64,000 bases of DNA from an uncultured Candidatus Saccharibacteria bacterium (GTDB lineage: Bacteria > Patescibacteriota > Minisyncoccia > 2-02-FULL-40-12 > GWA2-44-9): NCBI GenBank assembly GCA_964356795.1, contig CAYHIK010000002.1:26600-90599 (forward strand). Direction: 5' to 3'. The position numbers and the translations under genes are program-made. The notes under the pieces were generated by a model, which did not search any database, was not told the origin of the DNA, and saw only the letters and a program-made list of their open reading frames with translations. Below, piece after piece: positions 28,114 to 39,415 of the stretch (position 1 is its first letter; the number at the start of each line of letters is the position of its first letter).

Positions 28114-29027
28114 GGTGAAGAGCTCCCCGTCAATTCGGTAAACAGCGGACTATACGCAATCGGTTCGGGACACGTCGGAGACAGTCCCTTCACCATTGAG
28201 AAGTTGGTACACTCTGAGAAGACGTACCAGTAAATCCGTGACGCACGGAGCAGGTCACGAAGCCGTGGATACCATGTGGCAACAAATTCGGGATGTGCCG
28301 ACCAATCAGCAGCATTGAGCCCCGTTTCCGTAATCCACACTTCAGTTGTCGCGGGCAATCGCTGGAGTTGGCGCTTCACCTTGTAGATGAATGCGCTCTC
28401 GAAGCTGTAGATGTGGATGGAGACCACCTGCAAGCGACGATTGATGTCGGGGTCATTCGCGAGCTTGAGGATGCCCTGGTCCATCATCCCATCGATGATG
28501 TCGACACTGCTTCCACCACCAACGGGTGCGTGCGGGATGAGCACGAGCTCCGGATGCTTCACCTTCGCATGCTCATAGAGCGCCATGAACACCGGCATGT
28601 ACTCTGCAACATCCATCTGAATGAAGAGCTCGACCTCGTTGCCGATCTCCCAATGCGTAATTGCCGGATTTGCCGCAACGACTGCATCGAAGTGATCGAC
28701 GACATTCGGGGAGCGAAGGTGTTCGTTCCCGAAGATGCCAAGCACGTCTTGTACGCCATGCCCCTGTGCCCATGCCACAACACTCGGAATGTGCGGGCCG
28801 TTCACATCGACACGAAGTCCGCGCACCATGCCCGCATCGAGAAGCTTCACCAGATGCGGCTGCTGAATGTTCGCCTCCCAGTTGAACGCATGCAGTCCCA
28901 GATAGGGCGACCACGCGCTGGTAGCGCCAGAATTCCTCGGGAACGTTACCGCGGAAGGCGCAGCTGGGTTCTCCCCGCATGCAACTGCAATACCGCACAA
29001 CGCAACAACCAAGATTACACGCTTCAT
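28110..29027 (-). CDS. Lipoprotein glycoside hydrolase (GH5-like, WEIGNEVE motif)
   Basis: Strong RBS AAGGAGGT upstream of ATG 29027; lipobox (LVVALCGIAVAC); NE catalytic acid motif. Confidence 0.6.
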   Translation of the reverse strand: MKRVILVVALCGIAVACGENPAAPSAVTFPRNSGATSAWSPYLGLHAFNWEANIQQPHLVKLLDAGMVRGLRVDVNGPHIPSVVAWAQGHGVQDVLGIFGNEHLRSPNVVDHFDAVVAANPAITHWEIGNEVELFIQMDVAEYMPVFMALYEHAKVKHPELVLIPHAPVGGGSSVDIIDGMMDQGILKLANDPDINRRLQVVSIHIYSFESAFIYKVKRQLQRLPATTEVWITETGLNAADWSAHPEFVATWYPRLRDLLRASRIYWYVFSECTNFSMVKGLSPTCPEPIAYSPLFTELTGSSSP

Positions 29028-29114
29028 GTAACCTCCTTGTAAATGAGCATGGCGACTGTAATACAATGCCCCTACGGGTCAATCTTGCGGATAGAAAATT
29101 ACGTGTCGTAATCT

Positions 29115-30794
29115 CTACGTCATGCGACGAGGACGCCGTGCAATCCCCGCCTCGATGAGTCCACGGAAGAGCGGATGCGGAGAAAGGGGGCGACCCTGCA
29201 GCTCTGGATGAAACTGTGTTCCCACAAAGAAGGGATGATTTGGAAGCTCGATAATCTCCACGAGGTTACGCTCGGGATTCACGCCCGCAATCATCATTCC
29301 GTGCTCAACTAATCGCTCTCGATAGATATTGTTAAATTCATAGCGATGCCGATGCCGCTCGGATATCATCGGTTTTTTGTAGAGCTGATAGCTCTTGCTG
29401 TCGGTATTGAGAGCACACGAATAGGCGCCGAGTCGCATCGTACCACCCAGATGACCCTCCTCTATATGTACCACCTGCTCTGCCATTGTCGCGATGATAG
29501 GGTGCTTGGTGCGCGCATCAACCTCAGTGGTATGCGCGCCACGAAGGCCACACACATTCCGTGCATATTCAATCGTCGCCAACTGCATACCGTAGCATAG
29601 CCCCAGAAGTGGAATCTTATTCTCACGGCAGTATCGAATTGCGGTTATCTTCCCTTCAACGCCGCGCGCACCGAAACCACCGGGCACAATCACCGCGTGG
29701 TATCGCTCAAGTTCGCGCACGCTCTTGGGGTCCTTCTCATACTGTTCGGCATTGAGCCAATCAATTTCTGGTTTTCGCTTCGAGAGCCACGCCGCATGAC
29801 GAATTGCTTCAATCACTGAGAGATAGGAATCCGAGAGCGTAAAATCGCCCGTTCCAAAATACTTTCCAACAATTCCAATCCGTATCGGAATTCGCGCGGT
29901 GCGCATGCGATGAATCATGGAGCGCCATGCGGGTGACAGGTGTCGCCGTGGCTTCATGCCAACCTTCTCAAGAATGCGCCGGCCGAGATGGTCTTTTTCA
30001 AAGTTTACGGGTACATCGTAAATTGATTCGATGTCGGGCGCCGAGATGATATCGCGCGGAGTCACATTGCAGAATAATGAGACCTTCTCTTTCCGGGGTC
30101 GGTCGAGTGGCACGCTCGAGCGTGCGATAATGAAATCGGGCTGAATACCAATCGCTTGCATCTGGCGTACTGCATTCTGAGTCGGTTTCGTCTTCATCTC
30201 GCCCAACATCGCAGGAATGGGAAAGTACGACACCAACATAAACAGTACATCGTGCGGGGCGCGCAGCTTCATGAGTCGCGCCGCTTCCAGGAAGAGGGCA
30301 TTCTGAAGCTCGCCGACGGTGCCACCAATTTCGACGAGGAGAAATTCTGCATCGCTCTGTTCGGCAGCATGTTCGAGTCGATGCATCACCTCTTCAAGAA
30401 TATGCGGATACGGCTCAACGCATTTGCCGTGATACCCCAGCGCGCGCTCGCGTTGAATCACCGACAAGAACACCTGACCCTGCGTCATGTAGTTCGTCTT
30501 CAGAATATCCTGGTCCAAGAATCGTTCGTAGTTCCCGATGTCTTGGTCCGTTTCCATGCCATCGCTCGTCACAAATACCTCACCGTGCTCAGTGGGATTC
30601 ATGGTGCCAGCATCAATGTTGAGATACGGATCAATCTTCACCGCACTCACGCGAAATCCATAATCTTTGAGAATGCGTGCCGTCGATGCCACGGTGACGC
30701 CCTTGCCAATCCCCGACATCACTCCACCGGCCACGAAAATATATCTCGTCAACCTCGGCGGAGTGGTGCGGCGGGTAGACTTCATTGCGGCCAT
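29115..30794 (-). CDS. pyrG: CTP synthase PyrG
   Basis: Synthetase and glutamine amidotransferase domains (GLCYGMQ; CGGT...H). Canonical N-terminus MTRYIFVAGGVMSGIGKG would start at TTG 30752; ATG 30794 adds 14 aa. Confidence 0.9.
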   Translation of the reverse strand: MAAMKSTRRTTPPRLTRYIFVAGGVMSGIGKGVTVASTARILKDYGFRVSAVKIDPYLNIDAGTMNPTEHGEVFVTSDGMETDQDIGNYERFLDQDILKTNYMTQGQVFLSVIQRERALGYHGKCVEPYPHILEEVMHRLEHAAEQSDAEFLLVEIGGTVGELQNALFLEAARLMKLRAPHDVLFMLVSYFPIPAMLGEMKTKPTQNAVRQMQAIGIQPDFIIARSSVPLDRPRKEKVSLFCNVTPRDIISAPDIESIYDVPVNFEKDHLGRRILEKVGMKPRRHLSPAWRSMIHRMRTARIPIRIGIVGKYFGTGDFTLSDSYLSVIEAIRHAAWLSKRKPEIDWLNAEQYEKDPKSVRELERYHAVIVPGGFGARGVEGKITAIRYCRENKIPLLGLCYGMQLATIEYARNVCGLRGAHTTEVDARTKHPIIATMAEQVVHIEEGHLGGTMRLGAYSCALNTDSKSYQLYKKPMISERHRHRYEFNNIYRERLVEHGMMIAGVNPERNLVEIIELPNHPFFVGTQFHPELQGRPLSPHPLFRGLIEAGIARRPRRMT

Positions 30795-30825
30795 TATACG
30801 CTCATATCGAAATCAACCGCAAACA

Positions 30826-30854
30826 TTGACTTTTATCCAGATTTATATTATAGT
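30826..30854 (+). promoter_or_regulatory. Sigma70-like promoter (-35 TTGACT, 17 bp, -10 TATAGT) for the 30891 gene
   Basis: Consensus-like elements with correct spacing; RBS AGGAGGT then ATG 30891. Confidence 0.55.
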
Positions 30855-30890
30855 TGAATCCACGCTCTTCACACATTCAGGAGGTACTCG

Positions 30891-31094
30891 ATGCTGACGG
30901 AACTTCAAAAACGCCCCTACCGCCACACATGTACGACGGTCGAAATCCGTTCGTTCGGCGGAGCCTACGAGGCTCGTACGTTTGGTGGCGACCTCAGTGC
31001 CCTCCATCACACCGAGAAGGGAGCAGTCGCGGCGCTCGCGGGTAAGCTCCCCGAGGGATGCGCGATGAACATCACGCACATCCGAAATCGGTAG
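30891..31094 (+). CDS. 67-aa hypothetical protein
   Basis: Promoter, RBS AGGAGGT (6-nt spacing) and terminator all present. The overlapping minus-strand ORF 30843..31187 is rejected. Confidence 0.55.
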   Translation: MLTELQKRPYRHTCTTVEIRSFGGAYEARTFGGDLSALHHTEKGAVAALAGKLPEGCAMNITHIRNR

Positions 31095-31104
31095 CACTCT
31101 CCCC

Positions 31105-31142
31105 GACTCCTGTACCCGTGTGGGTATGGGAGTCTTTTTTAT
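31105..31142 (+). terminator. Rho-independent terminator of the 30891 gene
   Basis: GACTCCTGTACCC-gtgt-GGGTATGGGAGTC followed by TTTTTT. Confidence 0.75.
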
Positions 31143-31145
31143 ATA

Positions 31146-31175
31146 CAAAAAAAACGGCGAAGCAATGCTTCGCCG
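31146..31175 (-). terminator. Rho-independent terminator of the 31187..31462 gene (CGGCGAAGC-aat-GCTTCGCCG + U8)
   Basis: Perfect 9-bp stem followed by eight U on the minus strand. Confidence 0.8.
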
Positions 31176-31186
31176 TCGTTGATGCA

Positions 31187-31462
31187 TCAGTGATGCATCG
31201 CCTCGTCATCCTTCGGCTTCCGTGGAAGTCGCCAGAACATCAGCGAGCACGTCTCGTTGGTGCATCCCCAATACACGAACAGCGCCTCCCTGGGATGATG
31301 CCGCGGAATCTGAACCTCTCGTCGCTCGAGACGAAAGCGACAGTACGGACACTGACCAGCCCTCTCGACGGCAGGCGGAGCGTATCCATCAGCCTGAGTC
31401 TGCGCGACCGAGTGGTCATCCGCACCTTCACGCCGAAGCAACTCCACATCGAATTTCACCAC
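31187..31462 (-). CDS. ~91-aa Cys-rich zinc-ribbon-like protein
   Basis: CPYC...C..ETC; probable GTG start at 31462 with RBS GAGGTG; TTG at 31477 is the alternative. Confidence 0.45.
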   Translation of the reverse strand: MVKFDVELLRREGADDHSVAQTQADGYAPPAVERAGQCPYCRFRLERREVQIPRHHPREALFVYWGCTNETCSLMFWRLPRKPKDDEAMHH

Positions 31463-31492
31463 GTCAGCACCTCTCAAGAACAGGAGTCGAGA

Positions 31493-31530
31493 TTATTATA
31501 GAAAAACACGGAGCTGGCAAGCCCCGTGTT
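31493..31530 (-). terminator. Rho-independent terminator of the 31542..32135 gene
   Basis: AACACGG-...-CCGTGTT followed by UUUUCUAU on the minus strand. Confidence 0.6.
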
Positions 31531-31541
31531 CGTTCACACCA

Positions 31542-32135
31542 CTACTGGAGCGCGAGGGTCACGCAGTCCCCTTCGCATTCGTACGCCGCGATTATCACTC
31601 TCCCCCCTCTCACGGGAAGGTGAAAGATGTCACCGTCACGCATCGAGAATTGCGTGGCAAGCCATTCACCGCCAGAGTGGCCATCGGCGTACCTCCTGAC
31701 ATACCGCCGAACCTCAAACAACGCCTCCTTCGTGGTCCCCTTATCGGCATACCGAATCCCCAACAACGAAACGGCCAGCTCGAGGTCGACCACGCCTCTC
31801 TGCTGAAGCACATCGGGATGTCCAGCGGTGACGCTGAACCCGACATGCGTGTGCCCGATACCATGTGGCGTGAGTGAAGTCCACACGCCGGACAGTGGCG
31901 CAAACAAATCGGGAGCAGTGAGTGACCCAGACACGTGAGACTGCTCCACATCGCCCGCCGAGGCCTGGGTCGGCAACTCCTTCTCGACTGCCGTCTTCGC
32001 AGTTGCCCCGACGAGTGGCCGCTCCTTCCACTCCGTCTTCATCAGCGACCAGGTCGCTCCAAAAATGAGAATGCACGCAGCGAACACCACGGATCCGTAC
32101 GGAAACGGCCGGTCACTGCCCTGCGGATTCGTCAT
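31542..32135 (-). CDS. 197-aa membrane-anchored hypothetical protein
   Basis: Strong RBS AAGGAGGT upstream of ATG 32135; N-terminal TM (VVFAACILIFGATWSLM). Confidence 0.55.
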   Translation of the reverse strand: MTNPQGSDRPFPYGSVVFAACILIFGATWSLMKTEWKERPLVGATAKTAVEKELPTQASAGDVEQSHVSGSLTAPDLFAPLSGVWTSLTPHGIGHTHVGFSVTAGHPDVLQQRGVVDLELAVSLLGIRYADKGTTKEALFEVRRYVRRYADGHSGGEWLATQFSMRDGDIFHLPVRGGRVIIAAYECEGDCVTLALQ

Positions 32136-32280
32136 CACCGACCTCCTTGTGAAAGTCCTCAATAATTAATTATATCATCTTTATAACGATAAGTCAATAA
32201 CACCCCTGCCGTATTGGCGGGGGTGTTATTCCTCAGCGGGGTGCCAAGTTAGAATGGAGCGAGTCAGGGTGGAGCGAGAC

Positions 32281-34225
<1,945 letters not shown>

Positions 34226-34260
34226 ATGTGTATATTGCGTTAATACTTAGTATCTATACG

Positions 34261-34287
34261 TTAGCACTCCCATACAGAAAGTGCTAG
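34261..34287. promoter_or_regulatory. CIRCE-like inverted repeat (TTAGCACTC-N9-AAGTGCTAG) upstream of groES
   Basis: Consensus TTAGCACTC-N9-GAGTGCTAA; left arm 9/9, right arm 7/9. Confidence 0.65.
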
Positions 34288-34302
34288 TGCTGATATCCTA
34301 GG

Positions 34303-34337
34303 AAATAAAAAAGACGGTGTCAACAGATGACACCGTC
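34303..34337 (-). terminator. Rho-independent terminator of the 34344..36056 gene (GACGGTGTCA-tctgt-TGACACCGTC + U-tract)
   Basis: Perfect 10-bp stem followed by UUUUUUAUUU on the minus strand. Confidence 0.8.
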
Positions 34338-34343
34338 CTGAAC

Positions 34344-36056
34344 TTACGGATGATTCGGCGGCTTTTCGCCAGCGGATACACCCACCTTGAATTCGATTTC
34401 CTTCCTCCCCGAAACTTGGAAATCACCGACGACCACCTGATACTCCTCGACGTTGCTCTGGAGTCGGCTCGAGGTCTTTCGGACTTCACCGGCGATGTCT
34501 CCGATGTTCAGCGGCACGGATTCTACTGAACTCGCAGGACCCATCTTCGATGGAGGAAGTACCACGTAGATGTAGACCGCATCGGGTCGTCGCTTCGCAT
34601 TGAGCGATTCGACCAACGAGATGAGGTTCACCACACTTCCGGAGCTCTTCTCGACCGCATCGATTGTCTCGGCATCACCGACAACAATCTTCCCGACGCC
34701 ATACTGAAGATCGGATGGCAACAGGAAGCTCAAAGAAATCATCTTCGTATCTTTGAGCGGCTGATTGAGCGCCACCCGAAGCGTAAGCGTTTCACCGGGC
34801 TTGAAACTCGGACGATCGATGCTGGCAGACTCGATGGAGAGTCTCCGATACTCGTCGAACACCTTCGTCTCAACGCTCACCTGCTTGATGCGGGCCTTCG
34901 AAAACCTGTTCGAGAGCACCGAATCAACTTTTCGTGCGAGCACCGTCATGGGATTCGAGTCGAATGGACCATTCCCACGAACGCTCGTAAACGAATCGCT
35001 GAACTCCACGTCGCCCACGCCCTCGACTTCGATTTTGCCATTCAGGAATAACGTCATGTCGCCAATTTCGCGCGACCATGCCTGAACTGCAGTAGAAACA
35101 CCACTCCCAATGATCCGCGGAGCGAGTGTCGGGTCTGCGATGCTGTAGAACGTAAACTGCTTTCGAACGCCCGAACTCGTCGTGAGATCGATGTGCACAG
35201 GAATGGCGTTCTCTGCTTTTCGGCCGAGCTCGCCATAGATTGCCGTCTCGCGATCCTGGAGAATGACACCGAGCGGCTCGGCATCTGCGATCGGCGCGGC
35301 AACAATGTACGAATTCCGGAAACTCTCCTGTACCGTCAGCACCTTCATCGACACGAGGCGATATTCCGCCGGCCCCAATTGCATGAACGGGTGGCCAAAC
35401 ATGAATACGTTCTTACCCTCGACATGCGAGACGGTCCCGTAGCTGGTAAGGTCAAAATCGCCCCACGCAAGCTGAACGCCGAGCACATCACCCGCAGTAA
35501 CGGGATGTGGCGTACCCTTCACGGTAACACCACTCGATGCGCCCTCGTTGAGCATCATCAGAAATGGGTCACCTTCGGGTAGTGTTGCGCGGAGTGTCGA
35601 TAGCATGCTCACGCCCGGACGCGTGACCACGGGCATCTTTATGATGGCCGACGGATCCGCGTGGACGTTGAGCACCTCTCGAATCGGCGTGAGGTAACAG
35701 ATGGGGTTTCGGGCCCAATAGTCAGCATAGGAAAGCGTGCCAATCTTGTGGCGCTTCCCCTTCATGTCCACGTACATCGGACTTCCCGACTGACCAGAAG
35801 CAATGACAGCCTTATTCACCAGCTGAACCGCAATCCAGCTATGCCCCGGGCCGATCGTATTACGCATGACGCCGAGCAGGCGACCCTTCAAACGCGTCGG
35901 CCCCGAGGGGTCAAGCGTCGAGAATCCGTAGGCGGCGGTTCCGTGAGGAAGCGCCTCCACCTGCTCAATCGACAGCATGGGTTCTTCGGAGCGAGCAGTG
36001 GGCGCAAGGCCCGCGGCAAGCACCGCACTCAACAGACAAGGCAGCAGCAGGCGCAT
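34344..36056 (-). CDS. Secreted 570-aa protein with trypsin-like serine-protease-type motif (GQSGSPM)
   Basis: Signal peptide MRLLLPCLLSAVLAAGLAP; ASGQSGSPMYVD resembles the catalytic-Ser motif of S1/S55 peptidases. Family assignment uncertain. Confidence 0.6.
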   Translation of the reverse strand: MRLLLPCLLSAVLAAGLAPTARSEEPMLSIEQVEALPHGTAAYGFSTLDPSGPTRLKGRLLGVMRNTIGPGHSWIAVQLVNKAVIASGQSGSPMYVDMKGKRHKIGTLSYADYWARNPICYLTPIREVLNVHADPSAIIKMPVVTRPGVSMLSTLRATLPEGDPFLMMLNEGASSGVTVKGTPHPVTAGDVLGVQLAWGDFDLTSYGTVSHVEGKNVFMFGHPFMQLGPAEYRLVSMKVLTVQESFRNSYIVAAPIADAEPLGVILQDRETAIYGELGRKAENAIPVHIDLTTSSGVRKQFTFYSIADPTLAPRIIGSGVSTAVQAWSREIGDMTLFLNGKIEVEGVGDVEFSDSFTSVRGNGPFDSNPMTVLARKVDSVLSNRFSKARIKQVSVETKVFDEYRRLSIESASIDRPSFKPGETLTLRVALNQPLKDTKMISLSFLLPSDLQYGVGKIVVGDAETIDAVEKSSGSVVNLISLVESLNAKRRPDAVYIYVVLPPSKMGPASSVESVPLNIGDIAGEVRKTSSRLQSNVEEYQVVVGDFQVSGRKEIEFKVGVSAGEKPPNHP

Positions 36057-36142
36057 GGCGCCCTCCTCATGATGGTTGTTGGATTGTTAAACGACAACGA
36101 CGCGAGTCGTTGTGAAAGTAATACAGAAAAAGAATGCGTGCG

Positions 36143-37135
36143 TCAACGACGCAAACCCGAATCGCGCTCTGTGAATCCTGACATACCATATCGCTTCAGC
36201 GTTGCGTTGTATCGATTGAGCGCAACAAGCTCGAATGAATGTGGATGAAATTCTAATTCAAAATCATCGGCAATCACCCGACCACCGCGCGCATGTGTCG
36301 CAGGGTCACGCATAATGCGTCGCTGCATCCATCGCTGAATAGTGCGCTCAACGAACGACCCAATCCATGACCGCAATAGAAACTCAAAGACACGGCGCAC
36401 GAATAGAAGCACCGCATTTCGAGGAATCGCCCTGCGCACAAATTCAGGAGTCGAAGGACGAGGCACTACATCTTCCATCCAGCGATTCGCACCCCAGAGA
36501 CGCTCAAGCATGTGCCCCTCATCCATCACAGGTATAAGCCATGCCACCCCGTGGCCCGTGAACATACTGCGGTGTCGCAGTGCGAGGCCATCGGTTGTCA
36601 GGTAGTGATTAAAGCAAAACAAATCAGGTGCTTGTCGATGACGCTTCGTGCGGAGTCGCCCCATGAGCCACGCGGTCAGAAGAAGCCCCGCGCGGGCGGT
36701 GTACAATCTCCTGCGCTCCACGATGACCAAGAAATCCCAATCGCTCTGCGCACTCGTCGCGTCGTACGCCATGGAGCCACTCCCCAGAAGCGCGCGCACG
36801 AATGGCGCCATCTGGAGCCATCGCGCCGAGCGAAGCATACGCTTCCATTTCATCGCCGATTCTTTCTGACGCTCAATGCGACGCGCCCCACCGTGCAGAT
36901 AGTCGAACGAAAGTGAATAAAAACCGGAATCCACATGCACAACCTCAGAACGCACCAGCGCGTCCACCGAAGACGCAAGCTCACCGAGCGAGGGACGCTC
37001 CGCCGATTCGCCCAATCGCTTCGACGGTATCAGGCGCTCATGCATCTCAACAAGCGTGAGCGGTAATCGAAATGCATCATAATATGCAAGCGTCGCAATG
37101 ATGGAGCGCTCAATTGACTTCATAGCGCGGAGCAT
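36143..37135 (-). CDS. Nucleotidyltransferase-fold (pol-beta superfamily) protein: GS-x(n)-DxD motif
   Basis: LLGSGSMAYDATSAQSDWDFLVIVE fits hG[GS]-x9-13-Dh[DE]h; start moved to ATG 37135 because the ORF-table N-terminus runs through an upstream terminator hairpin. Confidence 0.55.
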   Translation of the reverse strand: MLRAMKSIERSIIATLAYYDAFRLPLTLVEMHERLIPSKRLGESAERPSLGELASSVDALVRSEVVHVDSGFYSLSFDYLHGGARRIERQKESAMKWKRMLRSARWLQMAPFVRALLGSGSMAYDATSAQSDWDFLVIVERRRLYTARAGLLLTAWLMGRLRTKRHRQAPDLFCFNHYLTTDGLALRHRSMFTGHGVAWLIPVMDEGHMLERLWGANRWMEDVVPRPSTPEFVRRAIPRNAVLLFVRRVFEFLLRSWIGSFVERTIQRWMQRRIMRDPATHARGGRVIADDFELEFHPHSFELVALNRYNATLKRYGMSGFTERDSGLRR

Positions 37136-37147
37136 AGCAGGTCTATA

Positions 37148-37180
37148 TAAAACAAAAAGAAGTCCCGCCAAGGCGGGACT
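37148..37180 (-). terminator. Rho-independent terminator of the 37187..37438 gene (AGTCCCGCC-tt-GGCGGGACT + UUCUUUUUGUUUU)
   Basis: Perfect 9-bp stem, long U-tract on the minus strand. Confidence 0.85.
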
Positions 37181-37186
37181 CACTCA

Positions 37187-37438
37187 CTACGGATGAAGCA
37201 CTCGAAAAACGACATCTTTAGCAATCCGCGGAATATCTTCACCAGCCAGACCAACCGCCCGACGAAGAACGTACCCCTCATCTGAGCGATTTGTATTAGC
37301 ACCGACAGCCCCGAGCAAGCGCTCGCCAAACGACGTGAGCATCGTCACCAACTGCTCCTCGGTAAGCCCGATGATGTAGCGCACCCTGGGCGGCGCCGGC
37401 GTAGCCCTGCCACCCGTTCCACGCTTCTTGTCGCTCAT
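37187..37438 (-). CDS. 83-aa hypothetical protein
   Basis: TATAAT box and RBS GAGAGGTGAT upstream of ATG 37438; its own terminator. Confidence 0.55.
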   Translation of the reverse strand: MSDKKRGTGGRATPAPPRVRYIIGLTEEQLVTMLTSFGERLLGAVGANTNRSDEGYVLRRAVGLAGEDIPRIAKDVVFRVLHP

Positions 37439-37507
37439 GTATCACCTCTCGTTAAGAGATTATAAAACTATCTTGAATATACGTCAATATTCTGGCATAC
37501 TATACAT

Positions 37508-38797
37508 ATGGAAGCTGATACGCTCAAACAACGCGTTCGGGATGCCCCTACGACACCGGGAGTCTACACCTGGCGTGGCGCGCGAGGACGAGTGCTCTAC
37601 GTGGGGAAAGCCGTGAATCTACGTTCACGCCTATTGTCATACCTGCGAGCAAAAGACTCGCGCATTGAGACAATGGTTCGCGAATCCACGCGCGTTGAGT
37701 GGGAATCCGTCCCCACCGAGATCGAAGCGCTCATCCGAGAGTCGCATCGCATCAAGCTTCAAAAGCCGAAATACAACATCGTGATGCGCGACGATAAGCA
37801 GTACTCCTACGTGGGCATCACCGACGAGCAGTTCCCCCAGTTCATGGTGACGCATCAAGCTACAAGCCCGCATACCAAGAAAACATTTCAGCGTGTCATC
37901 GGACCATTCACCGATGCGACCGCGCTCAAGTCAACGCTCCGCTGGCTTCGCAGGGCGTTCCCGTACTGCACCTGCAAGCAAACGCACCATGTAAAATGTC
38001 TCAACGCGCACATTGGAGCATGCTTTGGATTCTGTTGCATCAAAACACCCGCGAGCGCCACGCAGAAAAAAACATACCGCGCATCGATTCGCGCAATCAC
38101 CTCGATTCTTGAAGGACGCAGCGATGCACTCATTCGCCAGCTCGAAGTGCGCATGAAAAAGGCTGGCGCCGCACATCGCCTTGAAGACGCGCTCGAAATG
38201 CGCACCCAACGAGATCGCATTCGGCGCGTATTCGAAAACGCACAAATCATCTCTGCTCGAAAAAAGATGACGGGACTTCATACGGGTGCGCTCGAGCAAC
38301 TCACCACTGAATTAGGACTCGCCGGTGCGGTGCATCGTATCGAAGGGTACGATGTCGCCCACCATCAAGGCGCACACCCATCGGGTGCGATGGTGGTCTT
38401 CATCGACGGCATGCGCGATGCATCGCGGTACCGACTCTTCAATCTATCTCCACAATCCGTAGGCGACACCCATCAGCTCCGCGAAGTCATCAGCAGAAGG
38501 CTCCAGCACTCCGAATGGCCACTCCCTGACCTCATTATTGTCGACGGTGGAAGAGCCCAGCTGAATACCATCGCGCGGGCACTCGATTCAGCTCACGTCG
38601 ATATCCCCGTCATAGCAATCACCAAGAATGACCGCCACCAGGCCGACCACGTACTTTCGAGTATCGACGCCCAAGTTCGTATGCTTACGAGCATGCCCCG
38701 CCCAGCCCGCGACCTCTTAGTACACATAGACATAGAAGCTCACCGATTCTCCATTGAGCACCACCGGCGTAGGCATCGACGCGGGATGGTTGAATGA
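37508..38797 (+). CDS. uvrC: UvrC-like excinuclease subunit, short form (GIY-YIG + Cys cluster + UvrB-interacting region + RNase H-like domain; no C-terminal (HhH)2)
   Basis: GVYTWRGARGRVLYVGKAVNLRSRLLSY (GIY-YIG), CTCKQTHHVKC, and IEGYDVAHHQG (UvrC endonuclease domain start). 429 aa against ~600 for canonical UvrC. Confidence 0.7.
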   Translation: MEADTLKQRVRDAPTTPGVYTWRGARGRVLYVGKAVNLRSRLLSYLRAKDSRIETMVRESTRVEWESVPTEIEALIRESHRIKLQKPKYNIVMRDDKQYSYVGITDEQFPQFMVTHQATSPHTKKTFQRVIGPFTDATALKSTLRWLRRAFPYCTCKQTHHVKCLNAHIGACFGFCCIKTPASATQKKTYRASIRAITSILEGRSDALIRQLEVRMKKAGAAHRLEDALEMRTQRDRIRRVFENAQIISARKKMTGLHTGALEQLTTELGLAGAVHRIEGYDVAHHQGAHPSGAMVVFIDGMRDASRYRLFNLSPQSVGDTHQLREVISRRLQHSEWPLPDLIIVDGGRAQLNTIARALDSAHVDIPVIAITKNDRHQADHVLSSIDAQVRMLTSMPRPARDLLVHIDIEAHRFSIEHHRRRHRRGMVE

Positions 38798-38829
38798 TTT
38801 TTGCGAAAATGCTAGTATAGGTACCTGAA

Positions 38830-39177
38830 ATGGTACGGAGATTCCTCATCAAAGTACTCGTAAGCGCTGTGGCTCTCTGGGCCGCAGATGCTCTCTTATC
38901 CGGCTTCTATGTCGCCGGGGGTCTTGAGAGTTACCTCATAGCTGGCGCCGTTCTCGCGCTCTTGAACTCTTTCGTCCGCCCCCTCCTCAAGCTCTTTGCG
39001 CTCCCCTTGATTATGATTACCTTTGGCGCATTCACCCTGTTCATCAACGCGGCAATCCTCTGGCTCGTATCCGACCTGGTGGGCACGGTCTCGATTATTG
39101 GGCTCTGGACATTACTCTGGGCAACCATTATCGTCAGCTTCGTACACATGACGCTCGAACCGAGCGCACACGAATAA
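38830..39177 (+). CDS. 115-aa four-helix membrane protein (phage-holin-4/DUF360-like)
   Basis: Entirely hydrophobic helices; TAGTAT box 10 nt upstream of ATG. Confidence 0.5.
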   Translation: MVRRFLIKVLVSAVALWAADALLSGFYVAGGLESYLIAGAVLALLNSFVRPLLKLFALPLIMITFGAFTLFINAAILWLVSDLVGTVSIIGLWTLLWATIIVSFVHMTLEPSAHE

Positions 39178-39187
39178 CTACATATCT

Positions 39188-39409
39188 ATGAATAACATTC
39201 TTACCTACGCACAGGTTGGTTCAGCAGTATTGTTGATTATTGCAATCCTCCTTCAACAGCGAGGCCAGGGCTTGGGTTCAGGTATCGGCGGAACGGGAAT
39301 GGAGTACAGCACCAAGCGCGGCGTCGAAAAGGGCGTATTCTACGCGACTATCGTTTTCGCAATTGTGTTCATCGGTGTTTCCGTCGCCCGACTCGTGATT
39401 GGCGCATAA
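39188..39409 (+). CDS. secG: Preprotein translocase subunit SecG
   Basis: 73 aa, two TM with a Gly-rich loop (LLQQRGQGLGSGIGGTG), typical of SecG. Confidence 0.65.
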   Translation: MNNILTYAQVGSAVLLIIAILLQQRGQGLGSGIGGTGMEYSTKRGVEKGVFYATIVFAIVFIGVSVARLVIGA

Positions 39410-39415
39410 TACAGC

